A DNA stretch of 64,000 bases from Bacteroidales bacterium. GTDB lineage: Bacteria > Bacteroidota > Bacteroidia > Bacteroidales > GCA-2748055. The translations under genes and the position numbers were made by a program. Shown here piece after piece: positions 36,068 through 44,304 of the stretch. The stretch is from positions 422 to 64,421 of the forward strand of contig JAWOHR010000212.1 of the NCBI GenBank assembly GCA_046485075.1, given 5' to 3'. How positions within the stretch are numbered: position 1 is the first letter of the stretch; every line of letters starts with the position of its first letter. The notes beneath the pieces were generated by a model. That model had not been told where the DNA came from and did not search any database. It saw only the letters and a list, made by a program, of their open reading frames with translations.

Positions 36068-37276
36068 ATGACCTCCCCGATGGATGATCATATCTGGATT
36101 ACGGGAATTGGCGTAGCCTGCTCCATAGGATTGAATGTGGAGGAGAGCCTCAATGCACTGATATCGGGGAGAAGAGGTATTGGCCCCATACGGCTTTTGG
36201 ATACAATTCATAAAGATCATTTCCGGGTGGGGGAGATTGCGCTTACCGATCATCAGATGATGGAGGTTCTGGGGATTCCTGTAATCCTGTATAAACGTTT
36301 TACCCGTACCTCTTTAATTGGTATGATGGCAGCAAAGGAAGCCCTCCTGGCCTCGGGCATTGATCTGGCCGATGGAGTATCCACGGCTCTGGTTTCTGCC
36401 ACAACCGTGGGAGGGATGGATAAAACCGAGCGGGAGTTTTCCAGGGGAAATGTGGCATCGGGTTTCGTGTCGACTCACCCCTGTGGCGATTCGACCGATA
36501 AAATTGCCGATTTCCTGGGATTAACGGGATACCGGACAACCCTGAGTACAGCCTGTTCGTCCAGTGCCAATGCCATTATTCATGCTGCACGACTGATAAA
36601 GCACCGAAGAGTGGATCGTGCCATTGTGGGGGGGGTTGATGCTCTTTCCAGGTTTACATTGAACGGGTTCAATTCACTGATGATCCTGGACCGGGAGGAG
36701 TGCCGGCCCTTTGATCGCAACCGGAAGGGTCTGAACCTGGGTGAGGGCTCAGGATACCTTGTCATGGAGCCGGAACGTCTCCTTTCACCCGGCGATAAAA
36801 GAAAGATTTGCAGACTTTCAGGATATGCCAACGCCAATGATGCACATCACCAGACTGCATCATCACCCGACGGACAGGGTGCATATGATGCCATGAGGGG
36901 TGCTTTGGCCAGCGGTGGACTTAATCCGGGTGAAATTGATTACATCAACGCCCATGGAACGGGGACAGAAAACAATGATGCATCCGAGGGTGCTGCTCTG
37001 GTGAGGGTATTTGGTGACCTAATGCCTCCCTTCAGTTCCACGAAAGCATTTACAGGACATACACTGGGAGCTGCAGCCGGAATAGAGGCAGTTTTTTCCA
37101 TCCTGGCCATTCAACAGGGAGTCCTTTTTCCCGGACTGGGTTTTGAGGAACCCATGGAAGCGCCCTCCATTTCCCCTGTTCCATTTTTGGAAGTGGGATT
37201 AGACATTCAGCATGTACTATCCAACTCTTTTGGTTTCGGGGGAAACAACTCCACACTGATTTTCTCAAAATCCTAG
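36068..37276 (+). CDS. beta-ketoacyl-ACP synthase (FabF-like, Cys-His-His)
   Basis: LSTACSSSANAI, NAHGTGTENND and TGHTLGAAAG motifs. Confidence 0.9.
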   Translation: MTSPMDDHIWITGIGVACSIGLNVEESLNALISGRRGIGPIRLLDTIHKDHFRVGEIALTDHQMMEVLGIPVILYKRFTRTSLIGMMAAKEALLASGIDLADGVSTALVSATTVGGMDKTEREFSRGNVASGFVSTHPCGDSTDKIADFLGLTGYRTTLSTACSSSANAIIHAARLIKHRRVDRAIVGGVDALSRFTLNGFNSLMILDREECRPFDRNRKGLNLGEGSGYLVMEPERLLSPGDKRKICRLSGYANANDAHHQTASSPDGQGAYDAMRGALASGGLNPGEIDYINAHGTGTENNDASEGAALVRVFGDLMPPFSSTKAFTGHTLGAAAGIEAVFSILAIQQGVLFPGLGFEEPMEAPSISPVPFLEVGLDIQHVLSNSFGFGGNNSTLIFSKS

Positions 37277-37279
37277 GGA

Positions 37280-38353
37280 ATGGCCATCTATATCCAATCG
37301 GCTGAAGCCATCTCACCCCAGGATACATTCCGCCCTGATTCTTTGAGCTTTCTTTCTCCCAAGTCAGAAGGGCTCAGGCAGCTGCCGGAAGAGGGTTACT
37401 ATACCTGTATTCATCCCGATTACAAGCAAATGATCAATCCGACATCCCTAAGGCGAATGTCACCCTTGGTCCGGATGGGTATGGCAGCTTCGAAGGTGTG
37501 CATGGAAGAGGCCGGTCTTGAGAAGCCTGATGCCATCCTTGTGGGTTCAGGGCTGGGTTGTGTAAGGGATACTGTCAAATTCCTGAACCAGGTAACCGAC
37601 AACCAGGAACTATTGCTTAATCCCACTGCCTTTATCCAGTCCACCCATAATACAGTATCCGGACAAATTGCCCTGATGCTGGGTTGCAGGGCATACAACC
37701 TTACTTTTTCGCAAAATACCATTTCGTTCGAGACCGCCCTGCTGGAAGGAATGATGTTGCTGGACGAGGGACAAGCCCGGAATATCCTCCTGGGAGGTAT
37801 CGATGAAGTGGTGGAGGAGAGCTATCGGTTGTTGGATAAAAACGGTTGTGTGAATGGACCCGTGGGAGAGGGATGTAACTTTTTTGTGATCTCCTCCGAA
37901 AGATCAGGAAAGAGTATGGCCAGGGTGGATGGATTGGAGATGCTTAACCGCTGCGAAAAACCGGAGGAACTTACCGGATACACACTCTCATTCCTGGCAT
38001 CCAAAGGGGTGGCGGCCGGAGAGATCGATCTGTTTGTTTCTGGCCGTAATGGCGATGATGGTTATGCACATATCTACAGCCAGCTGGAAAAACTCTTTCC
38101 TGCGGATAAAGTGATGGCATACAAGCATCTGGTTGGTGAATATCATACGGCATCAGCATTTGGTATGTGGTTATCAGCCCGGCTCATTCGTGAAAATGGG
38201 TTTCCGGATTCAGAACTGTTACATCCAAAGGAAACTGGTTCTGATACGGAGACAGGTTTGGCGGGAAGTCTTCCCATCCGGCGGGCGTTGCTGTTTAATC
38301 AGAACAAAGGTCGCGATTTCACCTGGATCCTGATTTCTCATCCAGATACCTGA
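37280..38353 (+). CDS. ketosynthase-like chain-length-factor-type subunit (catalytic Cys absent)
   Basis: Thiolase-fold-like protein. The position that aligns by eye with the KS Cys reads TFSQNTISFETAL. The gene starts 4 nt after the preceding KS. Confidence 0.7.
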   Translation: MAIYIQSAEAISPQDTFRPDSLSFLSPKSEGLRQLPEEGYYTCIHPDYKQMINPTSLRRMSPLVRMGMAASKVCMEEAGLEKPDAILVGSGLGCVRDTVKFLNQVTDNQELLLNPTAFIQSTHNTVSGQIALMLGCRAYNLTFSQNTISFETALLEGMMLLDEGQARNILLGGIDEVVEESYRLLDKNGCVNGPVGEGCNFFVISSERSGKSMARVDGLEMLNRCEKPEELTGYTLSFLASKGVAAGEIDLFVSGRNGDDGYAHIYSQLEKLFPADKVMAYKHLVGEYHTASAFGMWLSARLIRENGFPDSELLHPKETGSDTETGLAGSLPIRRALLFNQNKGRDFTWILISHPDT

Positions 38354-38366
38354 CAGATCCTCAGCC

Positions 38367-39128
38367 ATGAAAAGGTTTTATAGGGTCACAGCGATTTTTG
38401 CAGGCATATTTTTCCTGCTTTTCACACCCTTTATGGAACCTGTTCGTCTGCCACTTGTAATTGTGGTACTCTCATTATACGGATTTCTTCTTATTTCCGG
38501 AGCATCAAGGATTGAATCCCAGTTCTTTGTGCGCGCTTCATGCCGGGGAGATGCCGCAGATAATAAAGTAGCGATCACCTTTGACGATGGTCCATATGGG
38601 AAGCGTTCATTAGAAATTCTTGAGATATTAAGTAGACATGACTGCCTGGCCTCTTTCTTTCTCATCGGGCGCAAAGCAAAGGATGACCCTGAAATCGTGA
38701 AAATGATGTTAAAAGATGGTCATCTCATTGGGAATCATTCCTTCAGTCATTCAAATCTCTTTCCGCTTTACAGCCCTGCCCGGATCAAACGTGAGCTGGA
38801 TGAGACCAATCGTATTCTTGAAGCGGCCGGTTCAAAGCCGGTTCGTCTCTTTCGGCCACCATTCGGGGTTACCAACCCCAATGTTGCCAGGGGCGTAAGA
38901 ACCTCGGGAATGAAGGTGGCAGGATGGAGCATCCGGTCATTTGACACACGGGACCAGGCAGCCGATAAAGTTGTAAAGAGGATCCTGAAGAGGTTGGGGG
39001 GAGGGGATGTGGTACTCCTGCATGAGACCTCGAAACACATCCTGGAGATTCTTGAACAACTATTACCCGCCATTCGCCAGGCAGGTCTTACCTGTATAAC
39101 TTTGGATCAGATGTTTGAATCACAATGA
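38367..39128 (+). CDS. polysaccharide deacetylase (NodB homology domain) with an N-terminal membrane anchor
   Basis: NodB motifs (VAITFDDGP, IGNHSFSH, RPPFG). Confidence 0.85.
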   Translation: MKRFYRVTAIFAGIFFLLFTPFMEPVRLPLVIVVLSLYGFLLISGASRIESQFFVRASCRGDAADNKVAITFDDGPYGKRSLEILEILSRHDCLASFFLIGRKAKDDPEIVKMMLKDGHLIGNHSFSHSNLFPLYSPARIKRELDETNRILEAAGSKPVRLFRPPFGVTNPNVARGVRTSGMKVAGWSIRSFDTRDQAADKVVKRILKRLGGGDVVLLHETSKHILEILEQLLPAIRQAGLTCITLDQMFESQ

Positions 39129-39142
39129 TGAATCCTGTTTCC

Positions 39143-39856
39143 CTATTTATCTGATCTGACCCGTTCAAAATTTACAAAATCGTAATTCATCTCTCCGGTT
39201 TCGACTGTGTGAATCGTTAGGGTCTGAATACCTTTTACAAGTTGAACCTCAGCAATATTACCGATGTAGTTCCAGTGGTGCCATTGTCTCCAGGCAACGG
39301 TATCTTCAGCAACAAAAGTAGAAGGCACTAAAACGGGTCCGCTGACATCCAAATCATTTACTGAAAATGAAATCCTGCCATTTTTGTTTGCTGTATACAT
39401 CAGTCCGAGTTGATAGGTCCCATCGGTTTCAACGTCAATGGTATATTTAGCCCATTCACCGGGTTTGGTCCAACCCACATAGAGCTGATCCTTCTCCTGA
39501 TCCACAAAATTAAAGGGTGTGTTATCGATCGCCGGGTCCTGGAATTTGGTGTAGGAGATATCCACAGCTTCGTTGATCCTGAATTCGTGCAGGTATGAAC
39601 CATCGGCCTTATTCAGACCGCCGCTCCCCGAGTTAACCGAGTCGCTGTCATGGAACGCGATGCCTTCCCCTCCAAAATCATAATATTCGCACTGAACTTT
39701 TCCAGGTATGATTTGAGCACCATTGCTGTAAACCAGGTCTTCATATGGGGTTCCAGTATAGCTTGTCCGGAACTCTGAGCCACATGAGACCATGAACCAT
39801 AGTACAAGAATTGTAGTGGCATAGGGTGGAAGATATTTATAATATTCAGTTCTCAT
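39143..39856 (-). CDS. CBM6/35-like carbohydrate-binding lipoprotein
   Basis: Lipobox (WFMVSCG). GKVQCEYYDFGGEGIAFHDSD and GEWAKYTIDVETDGTYQL are typical of CBM6-type modules. Confidence 0.55.
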   Translation of the reverse strand: MRTEYYKYLPPYATTILVLWFMVSCGSEFRTSYTGTPYEDLVYSNGAQIIPGKVQCEYYDFGGEGIAFHDSDSVNSGSGGLNKADGSYLHEFRINEAVDISYTKFQDPAIDNTPFNFVDQEKDQLYVGWTKPGEWAKYTIDVETDGTYQLGLMYTANKNGRISFSVNDLDVSGPVLVPSTFVAEDTVAWRQWHHWNYIGNIAEVQLVKGIQTLTIHTVETGEMNYDFVNFERVRSDK

Positions 39857-39874
39857 CGAAGGATATTTTGTGCT

Positions 39875-40786
39875 TTAATCCAATTTCCCGTCCAACCAGT
39901 GGATGATGTTTAGCAGTAATTGATAATTTTCAGAGGCCATCTCATTGTTCATCCCCATTTTTATTTTTTCAGGACCTGCTAACTGTGCCGTAAACATGGC
40001 TGCTTCTCCAAATGCAACTATTTTCCCTTTTCCATATTCTTTGAAAGCTCCCTGTGACCAGCCCTTTACCCTAAATTTAATGGTCTTTTCATCAAAGACC
40101 CAGGCTGTATCGGGCAGCAGATTCACATAATTTTCATTGAAAATCAGTACTGGAATGGCATCATCAGGAAATTTAAATCCCTGCCCGGTGAAAGATGTAA
40201 TCTGCTCAACACTTTCACTTTTATCTCTTCCCTTTGTAATTACACTTCCAATAAGGGTACCCTCCTGAAGTTTAAAAACAGCAGGTCCATCAGAAACAGT
40301 ATCAAATACAAATCCGTTGGAAAATTCAAATCCAAACTCCGCAGCTAGATCTTTTGCCGCTCCAGCCATTGGCATATGATCGGCAATTAAAAACAGGCTT
40401 CCACCATTTCTTACCCATTTCCTGATAACCTTGATCTCAGAGTCAGTAAACGCCGAGGGATTGGGTAAATACCAATCCTCCATATTAATTTCGTTCAAAG
40501 CATTTGAGATTACGAGAATCTTTCCTTTTAATAATTCAGCCTTGCTAAATGCACCTCTATATCCTTGCACTTTATATCCATCTCTTTCCAGGAGATTTGA
40601 GAAAGCCTTATATCGGCCATTCTTTGTATGAAAGTTATGGTGCCCTTCGTCAATAAACACGACGGGGCCTTTCCCACATTCATATTCAGGATTTTGAATA
40701 GCCGGATTATAGGTAGTATCAGCAATTTGTTGCGAAAACACCCAGCCGGGTATGATCAAAACGACAAGCAGGATTAATGGCTTCAT
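39875..40786 (-). CDS. hypothetical secreted protein (possible class I glutamine-amidotransferase-like fold)
   Basis: The internal Met gives a clean signal peptide (MKPLILLVVLIIPGWVFSQQ). No confident family assignment. Confidence 0.45.
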   Translation of the reverse strand: MKPLILLVVLIIPGWVFSQQIADTTYNPAIQNPEYECGKGPVVFIDEGHHNFHTKNGRYKAFSNLLERDGYKVQGYRGAFSKAELLKGKILVISNALNEINMEDWYLPNPSAFTDSEIKVIRKWVRNGGSLFLIADHMPMAGAAKDLAAEFGFEFSNGFVFDTVSDGPAVFKLQEGTLIGSVITKGRDKSESVEQITSFTGQGFKFPDDAIPVLIFNENYVNLLPDTAWVFDEKTIKFRVKGWSQGAFKEYGKGKIVAFGEAAMFTAQLAGPEKIKMGMNNEMASENYQLLLNIIHWLDGKLD

Positions 40787-40866
40787 TTCATTATACTTGA
40801 ATTTATTACTTATGTTTGAAATGTAAAAGTCGCCCAATGATTAACGGATTAGTTTCCCATTTTTTT

Positions 40867-41907
40867 TTACAACATATCATACTTATCAGCAAAGAATATT
40901 AATAACAGGGTTAATGAAAATGCCACTACGGGTGCAATGAACCACATAACAAAAAATCTTTTTACCTCAGTTTTATTGAAAATATTTTTGGTGCCAAGTT
41001 TTGCAACACCTATCCCTAATATGGCCGCAACATTTAATTGAACCAATGAGGTCGGAATTCCTTTTGTTAGTGATGCTAATAATAATAAACTTGCTGATAC
41101 AAAAGCTATAATAACCGCTTCAAATTTTCCGAATAAAACAATTTCCTTCCCGGTTTTCTTTACAATCTTATGTCCAAAAATTGAGCTCCCGATTCCAAAA
41201 TTTGGAGCTACAATCAGGGTTGATAATATCAATATTAATATGAAGTTTTCATTTAGCGATATATCAAGTTCATTTGCTGTCATTGAAGCGATTGGACCAG
41301 CAGCATTGGCAACATTATTCGCTCCGATCGAAAAAGCAACATATAGGGACATGATTACTAATAATCCATTCCAGATGGGTTTCATATTTTCGTTTTGGGC
41401 TCTTTGCAAAGTGAGGCCTCTTCGCCTCATGGGCCTGTATATATATTTTCCCAGAAGTAAACTCAGGAAAAATGATATTACCGGCAAAATAAACCAGGTT
41501 GGTATTATTTCCAGGAATAATTTGTCGGAGTGCAGGTCCTTAAAATATATGGATATAGCGGTAACCGATAGAACTGTGGATTGACTTGTGGATTGTGGTA
41601 TTCCAGCTAAATTTGCAATCAGCAGCGAAATGGCTACTGAAAAAAGAATAATGGTCACAACTGTTGTGGTCATCATTTCTGGATCAAGCAAATCTTTCCC
41701 CAATGTGGTTGCTGTCCCCTTTCCGGCAATAATTGCCCCGAGAAACACCATTATACCAAATAGTCCGGGAATCAGACTTTTTTTAATAACATTAGCTCCA
41801 TATGCCGCTGAAAAAGCAGGAGCAGTTCCACTTCCTCCCATATTTATTGCCAGAAACATTGCAATAATGTAGGGGAGTAATAAATGGCTAAATAAGGGTG
41901 ATATCAT
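40867..41907 (-). CDS. inorganic phosphate transporter, PiT family
   Basis: Duplicated PiT signature (NMGGSGTAPAFSAAYGAN and GANNVANAAGP) in a polytopic protein. Confidence 0.85.
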   Translation of the reverse strand: MISPLFSHLLLPYIIAMFLAINMGGSGTAPAFSAAYGANVIKKSLIPGLFGIMVFLGAIIAGKGTATTLGKDLLDPEMMTTTVVTIILFSVAISLLIANLAGIPQSTSQSTVLSVTAISIYFKDLHSDKLFLEIIPTWFILPVISFFLSLLLGKYIYRPMRRRGLTLQRAQNENMKPIWNGLLVIMSLYVAFSIGANNVANAAGPIASMTANELDISLNENFILILILSTLIVAPNFGIGSSIFGHKIVKKTGKEIVLFGKFEAVIIAFVSASLLLLASLTKGIPTSLVQLNVAAILGIGVAKLGTKNIFNKTEVKRFFVMWFIAPVVAFSLTLLLIFFADKYDML

Positions 41908-42105
41908 ATTTTATATCATACAACATGAGTAAAAATACGGAAATAAAATTGGCAAGCAACTATTTTTCGGGCTGTGTATCTCCCATCCCCAGTGCAATCC
42001 TTGATAAAAAGTTGATATCTATTTTGCTCTCAGGCTAGGGGAGCGGGGCAGATTTAATTATCTTACAAAAAGCGATTATCTTTACACCTTCAATTGAGGA
42101 GATAG

Positions 42106-43515
42106 ATGAGTGAGAATAAGGAGCAGGTATTTGAGAACGAGGAGTTCGAGATTTTATTAAGGAAATACGAAGACATGCGTAGCGGTGTTCAGTCGATCTT
42201 TTTCGATGTGGAAGAGTTTGAACAGATCATCGATTACTTCCTGGACGATTTTCAGTACGACGAGGCCAAAGAGGCAGCCAACCTGGGTGAAAAACAACAT
42301 CCTTCTTCGGTCGAGATAAAATATAAATTTGTCCATATTTTCATTGAACAGGGAAATGCAAAAAAGGCCTTGGCTCTTCTGGAGGAGATTCCTGTATGGG
42401 AGGAGGAAAACCCCGAAAGATTTTTTCTGAAGGGGACTGCCTATTGTCTCATGGGAAAACTTAAGGAAGCGGAGCGACAGTTCGACAGGGCCCTGGAACT
42501 TTCCGGCGACGAAACATTTGAGGCGCTTTTAAATATCTCCATTGCATTTGAGAATGTCAGGCACTATGAGCTTGCCATTAAGTACCTCATTCAGGCTTTC
42601 AGACAACAGCCCGAAAATCTTTCCGTTTTATATGACATGGGGTATTTCTATGAGAGACTGCACCGATTTGATGACAGCCTGAAGTATTATGAGAAGTATC
42701 TCGATCTTGATCCCTATTCTGACAATGTGTGGTATAACATGGGAATTGTATATCAGAAAATTGAACAGCACGAAAAGGCTGTTGAAGCATATGACTTTTC
42801 AATCGCCATCAATCCCGATTACGCTTCTGCCTACTTCAATAAGGCTGCGGTCTGGATCAATACCGATCGTTTGGAAAAAGCAATTTCCTGCTACAGGGAC
42901 TTTCTGGAGATTGATCCTGAAAACACACAGGCATACTGCTACATGGGGGATTGTTATGAGCAGATGGAGCGGCTCGATGACGCGGTGGCGGCTTTTCAAA
43001 AGGTCATCGAAATTGACAATACCGATCCGGAAGGGTGGTTTGGTGCCGGTATGATTTACAACCTCCAGAACAGTCACCAGGAGGCCATTACATACATTCT
43101 GAAAGCTATTGAATTCGATAATACCAATCTTGACTACTGGATCAACCTGGGATATGTAAATGAAGATGCAGGGCTGATCGAAGAGGCTCTTAAATGTTAT
43201 GCTTATGTAACCCGAACCGATCCGGCCGATCTGGATGGCTGGATTGCGCTTTCTGCACTGTTGATGAAGGAGGGAGACTTTGAACACGCGATTCATTTTC
43301 TTCGTGACGCCTTTGTGCATCATCCCAAGGAGGCTTTGATCAAAGTGAAGATGGCGGTTTGCCACCTGAAACTTGGAGAAAACCACAAGGCGGCAAAGCT
43401 CCTGGAAGAGGGCCTTGAGCAGGATTCTTCACTTGTTTCAGATTTTGCCCACTACCATCCGGAAGGGTCTTATGGTATTGATATCAAACGTATTATCCAA
43501 AAGTATAAAGCATAA
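42106..43515 (+). CDS. TPR repeat protein (cytoplasmic)
   Basis: More than 8 consecutive 34-aa TPR-like repeats (for example NVWYNMGIVYQKIEQHEKAVEAYDFSIAINP). Confidence 0.8.
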   Translation: MSENKEQVFENEEFEILLRKYEDMRSGVQSIFFDVEEFEQIIDYFLDDFQYDEAKEAANLGEKQHPSSVEIKYKFVHIFIEQGNAKKALALLEEIPVWEEENPERFFLKGTAYCLMGKLKEAERQFDRALELSGDETFEALLNISIAFENVRHYELAIKYLIQAFRQQPENLSVLYDMGYFYERLHRFDDSLKYYEKYLDLDPYSDNVWYNMGIVYQKIEQHEKAVEAYDFSIAINPDYASAYFNKAAVWINTDRLEKAISCYRDFLEIDPENTQAYCYMGDCYEQMERLDDAVAAFQKVIEIDNTDPEGWFGAGMIYNLQNSHQEAITYILKAIEFDNTNLDYWINLGYVNEDAGLIEEALKCYAYVTRTDPADLDGWIALSALLMKEGDFEHAIHFLRDAFVHHPKEALIKVKMAVCHLKLGENHKAAKLLEEGLEQDSSLVSDFAHYHPEGSYGIDIKRIIQKYKA

Positions 43516-43521
43516 GCGTAT

Positions 43522-44304
43522 ATGAATTTTAAGATCAGCCATATTCCGGAAAGAAGTTCCGGGAACAGGAACCATGGACTTACCATGATGATGGATAAAG
43601 GTTTAAGTCTGGGCGAAGCAGGATATTTTGTGGATTCCAGTGCACCCTACACCGACCTGGTTAAATTCGGATTTGGTACTGCCCTGATCACCAGGAATCT
43701 AAAGGAGAAGGTGAAACTTTATCAGAATGCAGGATTGAAACCCTATTTTGGAGGTACGCTTTTTGAAATGTTTTTCATCCGAAACCAATTCGATGACTAC
43801 AGGAGATTTGTATCTGAATCGGGATTGAATAACGTGGAGGTTTCCGATGGAACCATCAGGATGGAGCATGATGAGAAGCTGAGGTGTATTGAAATTCTGT
43901 CGTCCGATTTCCAGGTACTTTCCGAAGTGGGAAGCAAGGTAAAGGGGGTCGAGTTATCCAACGAAATGTGGGTATCTTGCATGAAGAGCGAGCTTGAAGC
44001 CGGAGCCTGGAAGGTTATTGGAGAGGCGCGGGAGAGTGGCACCATTGGCTTATATCAGTCGGACGGTTCTGCCAACAGGGAGTTAATTGACGATATCATG
44101 AAAGAGATATCGGTAGAAGATGTACTTTGGGAAGCCCCCAATAAGCCACAGCAGATTATGTTTATACAGATGATTGGTGCCAATGTGAACCTGGGAAATA
44201 TTGCCCCCAACGAGGTGGTTTCACTGGAAGCATTACGCTGCGGTATGAGGGGTGATACTTTTTTCGACGTATTACCCAAAGAGTTCCATTCCAGAAAATT
44301 GTAA
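43522..44304 (+). CDS. comA: phosphosulfolactate synthase (ComA family)
   Basis: The GLTMMMDKGL...YTDLVKFGFGT pattern and the 260-aa TIM-barrel size are characteristic of (2R)-phospho-3-sulfolactate synthase. Confidence 0.75.
   Translation: MNFKISHIPERSSGNRNHGLTMMMDKGLSLGEAGYFVDSSAPYTDLVKFGFGTALITRNLKEKVKLYQNAGLKPYFGGTLFEMFFIRNQFDDYRRFVSESGLNNVEVSDGTIRMEHDEKLRCIEILSSDFQVLSEVGSKVKGVELSNEMWVSCMKSELEAGAWKVIGEARESGTIGLYQSDGSANRELIDDIMKEISVEDVLWEAPNKPQQIMFIQMIGANVNLGNIAPNEVVSLEALRCGMRGDTFFDVLPKEFHSRKL

Noticed and set aside
28365-38353. Reading the FabG/KS/ACP genes as the housekeeping fatty-acid synthesis (fab) operon
   Set aside because: The genes are interleaved with an ammonia-lyase, a CLF-type Cys-less KS, a methyltransferase, LPLATs, a thioesterase and LolA/MMPL export genes. 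There are also two ACPs and three KS genes. This is the APE/flexirubin pattern, not fabHDG-acpP-fabF.
42799-43386. 195-aa minus-strand ORF inside the TPR gene
   Set aside because: It is antisense to a gene with clear, regular TPR periodicity and it has no motifs, so it is a shadow ORF.
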